Assembly (NCBI GenBank): GCA_965216755.1
Contig: CBDCGL010000011.1
Span: 3,328,001-3,392,000, forward strand
From: Alphaproteobacteria bacterium
GTDB taxonomy: Bacteria > Pseudomonadota > Alphaproteobacteria > UBA7887
Reading direction: 5' to 3'
Length of the DNA stretch: 64,000 nt
Shown piece after piece: positions 1 through 9,525 of this stretch; position 1 is the first letter of the stretch, and each line of letters begins with the position of its first letter. The position numbers and the translations under genes were made by a program. The notes under the pieces were generated by a model. The model saw only the letters and a list, made by a program, of their open reading frames with translations, was not told where the DNA came from and ran no database searches.

Positions 1-265
1 GGTTCGCGTCTCCAAATACCCGCATGAGGGCAACCAAGAACCAGAAATAGGCCGGCATGTAGCTGGTGTCGGGAAGGCTGGCGGTGCCCGCCATGATCGG
101 ATAAGCAGCCCCAGTTTCGCGCATCAACCGTGCGGCGGCGATATAAGCGCCCGAATCCTCGATCGACAAACCAGCATCACCCAGGCCGATGTAAAGGACC
201 AAGCTATACGTCCATCGGACAGCCAGGGCACCGCAAAAAATCAACAACAAAGGATGTCGGGCCAT
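1..265 (-). CDS. Membrane-bound GT-C (ArnT/PMT-like) glycosyltransferase, N-terminal part; runs off the left edge
   Basis: Not in the ORF track. Hand translation from ATG at 265 gives MARHPLLLIFCGALAVRWTYSLVLYIGLGDAGLSIEDSGAYIAAARLMRE...YMPAYFWFLVALMRVFG. It has a first TM helix, a D-S-x-x-Y acidic loop and a P-x-Y-x-x-FL second helix, as in GT-C proteins. The frame is open to the window edge. Confidence 0.6.
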   Translation of the reverse strand, partial: MARHPLLLIFCGALAVRWTYSLVLYIGLGDAGLSIEDSGAYIAAARLMRETGAAYPIMAGTASLPDTSYMPAYFWFLVALMRVFGDAN

Positions 266-550
266 CAGAGTCGCGGCCCATGGACTCACGCCGCGCGCGC
301 ATCTATTCGGTGTTGTTGGTTGTGAGGAAACGGAAGACATGGGTTGGCTCTGATGTACCCGATCGCCAGCCATCCGAACAGGGGGGCCGCCACGTGGATT
401 ACATTGTGTCGGATGGCGCGTGCCGCGCGTGATTTATGTTCTTCGTCATTTCCTGGTTACTCATGGCTCCGATTTATGCCTCTATGTCGATGCATAGAGT
501 TTCTTCAGACATTTGACTGTTGCTATAGCCCCGCATGACATTGCTTGCTG

Positions 551-2041
551 CTAGACGGTTTTCATTTTGCGCCAAGCTAAGAGGACCATGCGAATCAAGA
601 GCCAGCCATCGCGAAACCTAGAGATTTGTGTTTCCCCATAGGAACGTGCCAAGTAACGAATAGGAACTTCTACGATTTTCAAATTCATTTTCGCTGCGCC
701 AAGGATCAAATCGAAATCTCCGAAAGGATCTAGGGCACCGAAATAGGAACGCTGCGCGGAAAGACGATCATAGTGTTCTTTGGTCAGCGCTTTCGTGCCG
801 CACAATGTATCTGTCAGCCTTTGATTCAACAGCCATGAAAACAAACGAGAAAATGTTCGATTCGCAAGCAAATTAAGGAACCGCATGGCATAGGTATCCA
901 TCGGATAAACCAATCGCGTGCCATTGACAAAATTTCCTTTTCCCGAAACCAAGGCATCATAAAACTTCGGTAAATCTTCTGGTGGGACCGTCAGGTCCGC
1001 ATCCAATATGATCAAGATATCTCCGTTTGCATTGGCGAAACCCTTGCGCACGGCGTCGCCTTTGCCATGCCCGTCCTGCCGCAAGACGCGAATGTTCCAT
1101 TGCGGATAGGCATCGATGACGCGTTCGATTTCTTCGTATGTGCCGTCTGTCGAATTGCCCTCGACAAACAGGATTTCCAAGTCGCGGCAAAAGCGCGGCA
1201 TGCGGTGTACGGCTTGTTCGATATTGCCGCGTTCGTTGCGGCACGGCACCAACACGGTCGCGGATGGTTGGCCCAAGGCGACGTCGCGCAGCGGACGCGC
1301 GACAATGTAGTTGCGCAACGAAAGGCGGCGCAACCCCGGCAGCGGCCCCAGAAAACGGTTGATTATCGCACCCAGTCCGAATAGCCGTTTCGGCACCAAT
1401 TGCCGCCACTCGCGCTTGATGACTTCAAAGTCGGCCAGCCGAAGCAGCCCTTCCATATCGGCCGTCGACAGCCAATTCTGTGGCGCTTGTTGTTGCTTTG
1501 CGCCGACTCTCGCCGCAGCGATCAAAATCGGCTCCCAAAGCCGCGAGTAATAGGACACGATCAGCCGGGTTTCGCGTGTGCACAGGCCGTGCAGAGCCTC
1601 CAACGTCGATTCGATATCTTCCAAGCTGCCGATGGTGTCGGACAGAATTATGATGTCAAACGGGCCGCGCACCGCGGCCAACACCTGCGGATCCTCGATA
1701 TCGCCGCAAATGAATTCGAACTCAGGATGATCGGCTTGCGCGCGCGCGATGGTCTTGCGGCTTAGGTCGACACCGACGCCGCGCATCGGCTTAACGGCGG
1801 CGAGCAAACCGCCGGTGCCACAGCCCAAATCCAAGACACGCGCGCCCTCGGGCACCAAAAAACGCATATAGGCATAATGGTTGTCATAGTAAAAACGGTT
1901 GCGCGCGATCCATTGTGAGCGTACCGGCGCAATTTGATCGGCAAGCGCTTGGATTGTAGCCTTGCGTTGCGACAGCGGCCGCGACACGGCGATCGGCGAG
2001 GATGATGCGTGTGCCTGGGCTTGCGACCTTGCACTCCTCAT
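551..2041 (-). CDS. Bifunctional class I SAM methyltransferase / GT2 (polyprenol-phosphate glycosyltransferase-like) fusion
   Basis: N-domain VLDLGCGTG; C-domain VLVPCRNERGN, GKGDAVRKG, ILDADL (DxD), DTLCGTK. Start placed at ATG 2041, which overlaps the upstream stop (ATGA); the ORF-track extension to 2278 overlaps the upstream gene. Confidence 0.85.
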   Translation of the reverse strand: MRSARSQAQAHASSSPIAVSRPLSQRKATIQALADQIAPVRSQWIARNRFYYDNHYAYMRFLVPEGARVLDLGCGTGGLLAAVKPMRGVGVDLSRKTIARAQADHPEFEFICGDIEDPQVLAAVRGPFDIIILSDTIGSLEDIESTLEALHGLCTRETRLIVSYYSRLWEPILIAAARVGAKQQQAPQNWLSTADMEGLLRLADFEVIKREWRQLVPKRLFGLGAIINRFLGPLPGLRRLSLRNYIVARPLRDVALGQPSATVLVPCRNERGNIEQAVHRMPRFCRDLEILFVEGNSTDGTYEEIERVIDAYPQWNIRVLRQDGHGKGDAVRKGFANANGDILIILDADLTVPPEDLPKFYDALVSGKGNFVNGTRLVYPMDTYAMRFLNLLANRTFSRLFSWLLNQRLTDTLCGTKALTKEHYDRLSAQRSYFGALDPFGDFDLILGAAKMNLKIVEVPIRYLARSYGETQISRFRDGWLLIRMVLLAWRKMKTV

Positions 2042-3237
2042 GCCGCCCACCCATCGACCGCGCCGGGCGACGCGGTGTGAACCACGGCATCGAAGGCCGG
2101 CCAGGCCACGGCCGGATCGAACCGATGGCCGCCCGCAATTTCGACCGCCTTGATCCGGTCCGGCGCGCCATAGGCGGCATAAGCGGATTGGGCGCCGGCA
2201 ATCACCCGGCGTGCGCCCGCAAACGGAAAAATGTGGTCGTCGGTGCCCGACATGCCAACGAACGGTCGCGGCGCGCACATCGCCACCACATCATCCAAGT
2301 CGAGCCAATTGAGAATACCCGGGATCGTGTTTTGACCGCCGCTGTCGCGCCGTGCGCCAAGGGTATCTGCAATCGGGCCCAAACAGCCGGACGCCATAAC
2401 CGCCGCGATGCGTGGATCCAAGGCCGCGGCATGTAAAGCTGTGGTCCCGCCTGATGAATGTCCAACGATCGCAATCCGGCTGAGATCCAGATATTTGAGC
2501 TCGGTCACGGTGTCACGCGCACCGCCGGCCTGCAGCCAATCGATCACCGCCGAAACATCGCTGGCGCGATCGCCGACCAATGTACGTCCGACCAATAGGG
2601 CTTGGTGAAACGCATCCACGCACGGATCGGCCGAGCGCGGTGTCAAGACTTGCTCGCGCCGTTCCCCGAAACAGATTTGTTCGAGACACAGCGCGACATG
2701 GCCGCGCGCGACGGCCTGTCGGGCAAGGTCCAAGCCGGCCGCGATCTTGACCGGGTCCGGCGGCATGCGCAGCGCTCCCCAGCTTAGATGGGCGCCGGCA
2801 TTGGTGCCCTGCAAACAAATCACGACCGGCGTCGGCCCGGCCAACGGCGATTGCCAAAGAACATCGATCGGGATATCGCCGTTCGGTTCGGCGCGCAGAT
2901 AGGCCCGCCAATGGCGCAGGCCACGGCTGTCGACGTCGTCGGCGAACCAGGTCGCCAGGGTTTCGCAACGGGCCGCTGGTCGCCAACCGCTTAGCGTCGC
3001 CAGCTTGTCCCGTGCCCGCCTTTGCCAAGCCGCGACATCGTCAGGGTGATGTGCCCAGGCCAGGGCTTTGGGCGCATCCACACACGCGCGACCGTAGGCT
3101 AAGCTCGGGCTCAGCCGCGCCCCGGCGGGTGGTTCCGGATAGGGGTCGTAGCCACCCTTGCGGCGGATCGCCAAGCGCCGCCTTATCGCCAGCGCGTACA
3201 TGGCCGCGCGCGGCCAGCGCGAAAGCGCAGATATCAC
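2038..3237 (-). CDS. Alpha/beta hydrolase (dienelactone hydrolase / acetyl esterase-like)
   Basis: Nucleophile elbow GHSSG, acid in SGTDD, His in GGHRF. Confidence 0.8.
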   Translation of the reverse strand: MISALSRWPRAAMYALAIRRRLAIRRKGGYDPYPEPPAGARLSPSLAYGRACVDAPKALAWAHHPDDVAAWQRRARDKLATLSGWRPAARCETLATWFADDVDSRGLRHWRAYLRAEPNGDIPIDVLWQSPLAGPTPVVICLQGTNAGAHLSWGALRMPPDPVKIAAGLDLARQAVARGHVALCLEQICFGERREQVLTPRSADPCVDAFHQALLVGRTLVGDRASDVSAVIDWLQAGGARDTVTELKYLDLSRIAIVGHSSGGTTALHAAALDPRIAAVMASGCLGPIADTLGARRDSGGQNTIPGILNWLDLDDVVAMCAPRPFVGMSGTDDHIFPFAGARRVIAGAQSAYAAYGAPDRIKAVEIAGGHRFDPAVAWPAFDAVVHTASPGAVDGWAA

Positions 3238-3419
3238 GTCTGTATTCGCCGGCCCACCATGGTCGACGCCCCGCCATCAATTCGTCGTCCGCATGCGGAT
3301 GTCCACTAACATCGCACACGCATGCGCCATCTCGGTCTGCCTTACTCCTGGTCGCCGCCGCCGCATCGCGGGGCCGTCCGGGCCAGATAGAGTGACCGTT
3401 CGTGTGACTGTAGCACGAA

Positions 3420-4316
3420 TTACCAATGGGAAGGATCTACGACCCCTTCAGGCAGATCGCGGCCGATGGTCAAGGCCGTGGCGATCAGGTTCGAGTCGAG
3501 CCGCGTGCCGGTGTCCGTCGATGCCGGCAACTGGTCTTTGCTATCGACTCCAACCACAATCGATGCCACCCCCGGCACCGCCCGCACAACGCCTATGGCC
3601 AATTGCCATGGCGACAAACCGGCGTCGCTGGCCAAGGCGTGCAAGCGCGCGACCGGTTCTTTAAGAGCGGCCAACCGTGCGGTGATCGCGTCCGGTTGTG
3701 CCAACAGCAGGCCCTGCAGAAACACGCTGCGCGCCCACACGAAGACCCCGGCCGTGGCCGCCTCTGCAATCACGTCGGAGCGGATAAAGGCCTGATTGAA
3801 AACATTGATGGGAATCTGCAGCAGACGCAGATTTGGCACGGCCAGCGCAGCACGGGCCTGCGCAACGGTATAGACCGAGGCGCCGAACGCCCCAACTTGA
3901 CCTGTCTCGGCGGCGCGGCACAGCGTGTCGACGATGTCGTTGCGCGCCAAATTGTCGGGCCGATGGGCAAGATAGCCGTCGATTCGCGCCGCTCCAAGCC
4001 GGCGTCGAGATTGGTCCAATTGGCGGTGGAGTTCCGCAGCGTCGCCGCAGTCGCCGAATTTACTGATCAACAAAGGCGTGTGGGCGCGCGTCCGGCGCCA
4101 GGCACCGATCCGCATTTCGGCATCGCCATAGGCGTGGGCGGTGTCAAAACAAGTCATTCCCGCCGCCCATGCGGCATCCAAGACCGCCAGGGCAGCCGCC
4201 TCTGTCGGTTTGCCTTCGCGGTTGGCAATACCATAGGCCATGCCGAGCTGGGCCGTCCCCAAGGTCAGCGTTGGGATCGATCGTTTGCCGGGGCCGGGGA
4301 ATAGCTGATCTGCCAT
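3420..4316 (-). CDS. Aldo/keto reductase
   Basis: LGTAQLG, FDTAHAYG (D,Y), ISKF (K), LAHR (H) tetrad, GASVY, RSVFLQG. Confidence 0.9.
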   Translation of the reverse strand: MADQLFPGPGKRSIPTLTLGTAQLGMAYGIANREGKPTEAAALAVLDAAWAAGMTCFDTAHAYGDAEMRIGAWRRTRAHTPLLISKFGDCGDAAELHRQLDQSRRRLGAARIDGYLAHRPDNLARNDIVDTLCRAAETGQVGAFGASVYTVAQARAALAVPNLRLLQIPINVFNQAFIRSDVIAEAATAGVFVWARSVFLQGLLLAQPDAITARLAALKEPVARLHALASDAGLSPWQLAIGVVRAVPGVASIVVGVDSKDQLPASTDTGTRLDSNLIATALTIGRDLPEGVVDPSHW

Positions 4317-4394
4317 GATCGTGATTTATGCGAAAGGTGTATCCTGCACCCGCGCCGCCGCAGGCGCGCACATAGAATAGGGTCGCCATCGTCG

Positions 4395-5156
4395 ATGATG
4401 CGCGCGATTTTTGAACAACTGCTGTTGGTGCCGACGGTGCTGGTGTGGATTGCCGTGTTCGGTTTGCTGGTGTGGCGCTGGCGGCGTCTGAGCCTTGCGT
4501 GTCTAATCGCCGCCATTGGCGGCTTGTTTGTTTTGAGTTTGCCCATTGTCGCACGCGCGCTGCTGCTGCCGCTATTGGCGACGGTGACCTTGTATGACGG
4601 TGCCGATCTGGCCGGTGATATCATATTGGTTCCGACCGCCGGCATATTTCGCGATGTCGAAGGGACGCCTTGGCCGTCGGCCGAAAGCATTCGCCGTGCC
4701 AGCCAAGGCCGGCGGATCCAAGTCCAGACCGGTTTGCCGTTGGCAATTATCGGCGGTGATCCGCAGGGAATCGGTGTCGCAGAGGCATTCGTCGTCGCCG
4801 ACGCGCTCGGCGAAACGCCGGGGCCAGTCGTGATCGACGGTGCCGCCGACAACTCGATCGAAACGGCATTTGCACTGGCGCGCATCGTCCGCGAGATCGG
4901 CGGTCGCGAGGTCATACTTGCGACCACGCCGACCCATGTCGCGCGCATGGCGGCCAGTTTACGCCGGGTCGGCGTGGTCGTTTTGGCCGATTTGTCCGCC
5001 CATCCGGCGCGGCAGCCCGTGGCGATCACGGACTTCCTCCCCAGCGCCGGTGGCCTCGCGCAAAGTCGCCATGTGATCCGCGAATATGCTGCGATTCTGT
5101 GGTATTTGTTCGACGGCTCCATTCGCGTTGGCGATCTGCGGCCGGCAGCGGGCTAG
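4395..5156 (+). CDS. YdcF/ElyC (DUF218) family membrane-anchored protein
   Basis: Two N-terminal TM helices; GG...EA, NSIETA, LATTPTHVARM, PSAGGL...REY motifs. Confidence 0.75.
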   Translation: MMRAIFEQLLLVPTVLVWIAVFGLLVWRWRRLSLACLIAAIGGLFVLSLPIVARALLLPLLATVTLYDGADLAGDIILVPTAGIFRDVEGTPWPSAESIRRASQGRRIQVQTGLPLAIIGGDPQGIGVAEAFVVADALGETPGPVVIDGAADNSIETAFALARIVREIGGREVILATTPTHVARMAASLRRVGVVVLADLSAHPARQPVAITDFLPSAGGLAQSRHVIREYAAILWYLFDGSIRVGDLRPAAG

Positions 5157-5171
5157 TAAGGACGTGACACG

Positions 5172-5672
5172 GTGAAGCGCTGGTTTGTGGTTCATACGCG
5201 CGCCCATGGCGAACAGCGCGCCTACGAAAACCTCTGCCGCCAAGGTTTCGACGCTTGGTTGCCGCGCTACCGCAAGAAGCGCCGCCACGCAGGTCGCCTG
5301 GAAACTGTTTTGCGACCTCTCTTCCCCAGATATCTGTTTGTGTCCGTGGATTTGGCGGCCGAACGTTGGCGCGCCATCCTATCGACCTTTGGGGTCGCCG
5401 GGTTGGTGGGCGCCGTAGATGGCCCAGAGCCGGTGCCCGACGGCGTTGTCAACGCCTTGCGTGCGCGCGCCGACGCCGATGGCTGTTTCACGTTGCATCG
5501 GGCGGCGACGATGAAACCGGGCCAGCCGGTGCGTATCGGCGCCGGCCCCTTTCAAGACATCGAAGGGATTTTTCAAGCCCCTAGCGACGCCGAGCGGGTG
5601 GTTATTCTGCTGCAACTGATGGGGCGCACGGTTTCGATCACCGTGCCGGCATCGGATATCGACGCGCTCTGA
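5172..5672 (+). CDS. rfaH: RfaH-type (NusG paralog) transcription antiterminator
   Basis: WFVVHTR..EQRA..NL.RQG, PLFPRYLFV, STFGV NGN domain; KOW motif GQPVRIGAGPF; 166 aa. Confidence 0.85.
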   Translation: MKRWFVVHTRAHGEQRAYENLCRQGFDAWLPRYRKKRRHAGRLETVLRPLFPRYLFVSVDLAAERWRAILSTFGVAGLVGAVDGPEPVPDGVVNALRARADADGCFTLHRAATMKPGQPVRIGAGPFQDIEGIFQAPSDAERVVILLQLMGRTVSITVPASDIDAL

Positions 5673-5682
5673 TGTTTCGGTG

Positions 5683-5788
5683 TTTCGGCATTTCGGTGAC
5701 AGTTTACTAAATACACCATATTCAGCGTATTCTCGGCAGGCACTACAGCTTGTGGTGTATTTAGTAAACTGTCACCGAAATGCCGAAA
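5683..5788. repeat. Perfect 36-bp inverted repeat with 34-bp spacer (MITE/REPIN-like; probable bidirectional terminator)
   Basis: TTTCGGCATTTCGGTGACAGTTTACTAAATACACCA (5683-5718) is the exact reverse complement of 5753-5788; fills the gap between convergent rfaH and cysQ. Confidence 0.9.
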
Positions 5789-5790
5789 TA

Positions 5791-6564
5791 TCAGGCGCCG
5801 CGGGCGATGAAAAAGCCGTTGCGGAAATCCGTCTTGCCGTAAAGAAACGGTTCGTCGTCTGGCGTACGTACGCTGCCGCCTGCGGCCAACAATACCGCAT
5901 GACCGGCCGCGGTGTCCCATTCCATGGTTGGTCCGAAACGAGGATATAGATCGGCCTCGCCCAGGGCGACCACACAGAATTTGTAGGACGAGCCGGCCTG
6001 GTGCAGACCGGCGACACGAACGGATTTGAGCCAGGCTTCGGTTTCGGCGCTGAAATGGGAGCGACTGGCGACCACCGTCGCCCCATCCGCCGGGGCGGCC
6101 CGAACATGTATGGGTTCGATCGGGCCGTCGCCCTGCCGGCGAAATGCCTGACCGGGCGTATAGCCCCAGACCAAAACATCTTTGGCCGGCAGCTGCACGA
6201 CCCCCAGAACCGGCAGGCTGTTTTCGATCAACGCGATGTTCACCGTGAATTCGTCGCGGTTCTTGATGAACTCCTTGGTGCCGTCCAGCGGGTCGACCAG
6301 CCAAAACAAATCATTGTCCGGAATGCCGGCGGCCACCGACTCGGTACTTTCCTCAGACACGATCGGGATATCCGGGGTCAAGGCCCGCAGGCCGTCGACG
6401 ATGACCCGGTTAGCGGCCAGATCCGCCTCGGTCACCGGCGAGCGGTCATCCTTGGTCTCGACGGTGATGCCACGCGCGCGCACGGCCAGGATTTCGCGTC
6501 CGGCGCGGCGCGCGATATCGCAAATGGGCGGCGCCAACGCCGCCAGATCAATGGTATCTGTCAT
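5791..6564 (-). CDS. cysQ: 3'(2'),5'-bisphosphate nucleotidase CysQ
   Basis: [35 protein letters not shown]. Confidence 0.95.
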   Translation of the reverse strand: MTDTIDLAALAPPICDIARRAGREILAVRARGITVETKDDRSPVTEADLAANRVIVDGLRALTPDIPIVSEESTESVAAGIPDNDLFWLVDPLDGTKEFIKNRDEFTVNIALIENSLPVLGVVQLPAKDVLVWGYTPGQAFRRQGDGPIEPIHVRAAPADGATVVASRSHFSAETEAWLKSVRVAGLHQAGSSYKFCVVALGEADLYPRFGPTMEWDTAAGHAVLLAAGGSVRTPDDEPFLYGKTDFRNGFFIARGA

Positions 6565-8462
6565 ACCGTGTACTGAAACCGCTGGTCGATATACGTCAAG
6601 ATTTCACGGGCGCAGTCATCGACCGACCGCGCGGCCGTGTCGACGACCAAATCCGGCGTCTCGGGCAATTCATAAGGTGCACTGACGCCGGTGAACTCGC
6701 TGATTTCGCCCTTGCGCGCGCGCTTGTACAGGCCTTTGGGGTCACGCGCCTCACAGGTTGCCAAATCAGCCTTGATATAGACTTCATGAAAACCACCCTC
6801 CAAAGACAGCCGGTCGGTGGCTTCGCGGGCACGGTGGCGGTCGGCGCGATAGGGCGAAATAAACGCCGTCAGAACGATCATGCCGGCATCCGCGAACAAG
6901 GCGGCAGCTTCGCCAACCCGGCGAATATTCTCGGCGCGATCTTCCGGCGAAAAGCCGAGATTGGCGTTCAGGCCCATCCGGACATTATCGCCGTCCAGCA
7001 CATAGACATGGTAGCCGCGGGCGAACATCAAGCGCTCGACCGCGCGCGCCAGGGTCGATTTGCCGGCGCCGGACAGGCCGGTGAACCACACCACGCCGCC
7101 GCCATGGCCGTTCCGCTTGCTTCGCGCGTCCTCGTCGATCGTGCCGCGTTCTTCATAGACATTGGTCGACTTGACCGTGATCAACGAGCGCTGATCCGGA
7201 TAGCCTTCCATGCTGACAATGCCGCCGCCGGCGATCTCGTAACCGTCGACCAAGACAAAGCGTCCGGTGCGCGGATTGCGGGCATATTCATCCAAAGCGA
7301 GCATCGATCGCGCTCGCAGCACGACTTCGCCGACGGTGTTTTGCTCCATGCGGTCGGCGGCGACATGGTCGAGGGATTCGGAATCGATCGCATGTTCAAT
7401 CGACTGCACGGTGACCGCCGTTTCGATGGTGTTGAGCTTGAGCTTGTATTGGTTGCCCGGCGCCAGCGCCCGCTCGCCCAGCCAAAACACACGCGCTCGA
7501 AACACGTTTGACTCAACCGGCGGGCGGTCGATATGGCTGGCAATTTCGCCACGCTCGACAAACAGCTGCTCGTCCAGCGTCACGCCGACCGATTGGCCGG
7601 CGCGCACTTCGATCGGTGGGTCGGCGTGCCAGGCCTCAATCGAGCGGACCCGCGCGGTCTTGTTCGACGGCGAAAACAACAAAGTATCGCCGACGCGCAC
7701 AATGCCACTTTCGATACGGCCCGCGAAAATGCGCCGTTCGTCGAATTTGTAGACGTCTTGGACGGCAAATCGCAGCGGCAGATCGGTCGGTGGCGGCAGT
7801 GGCTCGAAGCCGTCCAACGCCTCGAGCAGGCCCGGGCCCTCGTACCACGGCGTGCGTTCGGAATTGACGACGATATTGTCGCCTTCCCGGGCCGACACCG
7901 GTAAAACATGTCGCGGTGTCACGCCCAGTTCGCTCAAATAAGCACAGAATTCCTTCTCGACTTGCGCGAAACGGCCGGCGTCATAATCGATCCGGTCGAT
8001 CTTGTTGATCACCAGGATCACCTGCGTGATGCCCAAAAGGTGCAGCAGGTAACCATGTCGGCGCGACTGCTCGCGCACGCCTTCTTCGGCGTCGATCAAC
8101 AACACCGCGGCGTCGGCGGCCGCGGCGCCGGTGACCATGTTGCGCAGGAATTCTTTGTGGCCGGGCGCGTCGATGATGACATAGTCGCGCAAGGCACTGC
8201 GAAACCAGATGTGGGCGGTATCTATGGTCACGCCCTGATCGCGTTCACCCTGCAAGGCATCGGTCAGAAACGCCCATTCGAAAGGCATGCCGCGGCGTCG
8301 ACACATCTCTTGTATGGCCTCGAACCGACCCTCGGGCAAACTGCCGGTGTCGTGAAATAACCGTCCAACCAAAGTCGATTTGCCGTGGTCGACATGGCCG
8401 ACAATGACGATCCGCAATGGATCGCCCAACGGCGCCACGGGGTGTGTTTTGCGCGCTGCCAT
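6561..8462 (-). CDS. cysNC: Bifunctional sulfate adenylyltransferase subunit 1 / APS kinase (CysNC, NodQ-like)
   Basis: [18 protein letters not shown] GTPase motifs; C-terminal [25 protein letters not shown]. Confidence 0.95.
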   Translation of the reverse strand: MAARKTHPVAPLGDPLRIVIVGHVDHGKSTLVGRLFHDTGSLPEGRFEAIQEMCRRRGMPFEWAFLTDALQGERDQGVTIDTAHIWFRSALRDYVIIDAPGHKEFLRNMVTGAAAADAAVLLIDAEEGVREQSRRHGYLLHLLGITQVILVINKIDRIDYDAGRFAQVEKEFCAYLSELGVTPRHVLPVSAREGDNIVVNSERTPWYEGPGLLEALDGFEPLPPPTDLPLRFAVQDVYKFDERRIFAGRIESGIVRVGDTLLFSPSNKTARVRSIEAWHADPPIEVRAGQSVGVTLDEQLFVERGEIASHIDRPPVESNVFRARVFWLGERALAPGNQYKLKLNTIETAVTVQSIEHAIDSESLDHVAADRMEQNTVGEVVLRARSMLALDEYARNPRTGRFVLVDGYEIAGGGIVSMEGYPDQRSLITVKSTNVYEERGTIDEDARSKRNGHGGGVVWFTGLSGAGKSTLARAVERLMFARGYHVYVLDGDNVRMGLNANLGFSPEDRAENIRRVGEAAALFADAGMIVLTAFISPYRADRHRAREATDRLSLEGGFHEVYIKADLATCEARDPKGLYKRARKGEISEFTGVSAPYELPETPDLVVDTAARSVDDCAREILTYIDQRFQYTV

Positions 8463-8468
8463 GGCGTT

Positions 8469-9266
8469 CTACATATAGCCATCGGCGCGCAAGCGCTCGA
8501 AGGCATCCTCTGCTTCGTGGTCCATTGCGCGCCCCGACCGTTCCGGGACCCGCGTTGTCTCGAGTTCCGCGATGATCTCCTCGACCGTGCTGGCGTCGCT
8601 GTCGATCGGCGACGTGATGTCCTCGTCGCCCAGCGAGCGATAGCGCTTGCCGTCTTTCGAGAAATACAGATCGACGATCGGGATGTGTTCGCGGGCGATA
8701 TAGCGCCAGATATCGATTTCCGTCCAATGCAACAAGGGATGCACGCGGACATGCGTGCCCGGTGGGAAATCGACGTTGTATTGATCCCAGAATTCGGGCG
8801 GCTGCTTGCGCACATTCCAGGCGGCATCGATGCCGCGCGGACTGAACACGCGCTCTTTTGCGCGGGTGCCTTCCTCGTCGCGGCGAATGCCGGCGATAAG
8901 GCCCGTATAGCCTTGGCGTTCGATCATCGCCTTCAGGCCGCCGGTCTTGCGCGCCGCCGAACGGGCCGCGGGCGGTAGCGAGGGATCGATCTCTTCAATC
9001 GGCGGACAATCGCCGGTGACCAGATCCAATTCCCATTCGCGCGCGTAGCGTTCGCGAAAGGCATACATTTCCGCAAATTTCTTACCGGTGTCGACGTGGA
9101 CAACCGGGAACGGCACCCTGCCGAAAAACGCCTTTTTGGCGAGCCAGACCAGAACGTTGGAATCTTTTCCCAACGACCACAGCATCGCCAGATTGTCGAT
9201 GCGGTTAAAGGCCTCGCGAAAAATATAGACGCTTTGGCTTTCCAGCCGGTCTAAATGTGATGTCAC
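8469..9266 (-). CDS. cysD: Sulfate adenylyltransferase subunit 2
   Basis: LESQSVYIFRE, WSLGKDS, GIRRDEE..RAKER, RVHPLLHWTE, YRSLG; GTG start. Confidence 0.95.
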   Translation of the reverse strand: MTSHLDRLESQSVYIFREAFNRIDNLAMLWSLGKDSNVLVWLAKKAFFGRVPFPVVHVDTGKKFAEMYAFRERYAREWELDLVTGDCPPIEEIDPSLPPAARSAARKTGGLKAMIERQGYTGLIAGIRRDEEGTRAKERVFSPRGIDAAWNVRKQPPEFWDQYNVDFPPGTHVRVHPLLHWTEIDIWRYIAREHIPIVDLYFSKDGKRYRSLGDEDITSPIDSDASTVEEIIAELETTRVPERSGRAMDHEAEDAFERLRADGYM

Positions 9267-9525
9267 GCCTTGCCACCGCCCTTTTTGGGGCGGCGCCCTT
9301 GGTTCAATTTATCGGAGGCCCCCGGCTAAGCCGGACGGGCCTTATACGGCGATGTCACGCGCCGCGCAACCGCAATGGCGCGCAGACTAAGGGCGGCCGC
9401 TTAAGTCTTTCCTAATGGGTCGCCGGCGAGCACCGAATTTGATGACATCGGCGGGCGATGCCTGGCGCCGTGGTGACCGCGCTGGCGTCCTCAGCGTACG
9501 CAAAAAATGATCCGCGTTCAAAACG

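Noticed and set aside
3276-3366. Short Arg-rich - strand ORF between the AKR and the hydrolase as a leader peptide
   Set aside because: No recognisable features or attenuator structure; likely chance.
5683-5788. 36-bp repeat with 34-bp spacer as a CRISPR mini-array
   Set aside because: The two copies are inverted, not direct; there are only two, and no cas genes are present.
5573-6304. ORFs crossing the inverted repeat that share the peptide FRHFGDSLLNTP on both strands
   Set aside because: An artefact of the palindrome read in both directions, not real genes.
8971-8982. GGCGGTAGCGAG ops-like sequence
   Set aside because: It lies antisense inside cysD coding sequence and lacks the terminal TG; the same applies to GGCGGTAGTAAG at about 58808 inside pseC.
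9268-9293. Small hairpin and GGCGGTGGCAAG just upstream of cysD on the - strand as a second ops
   Set aside because: Two mismatches to the consensus in GC-rich DNA; not distinguishable from chance.
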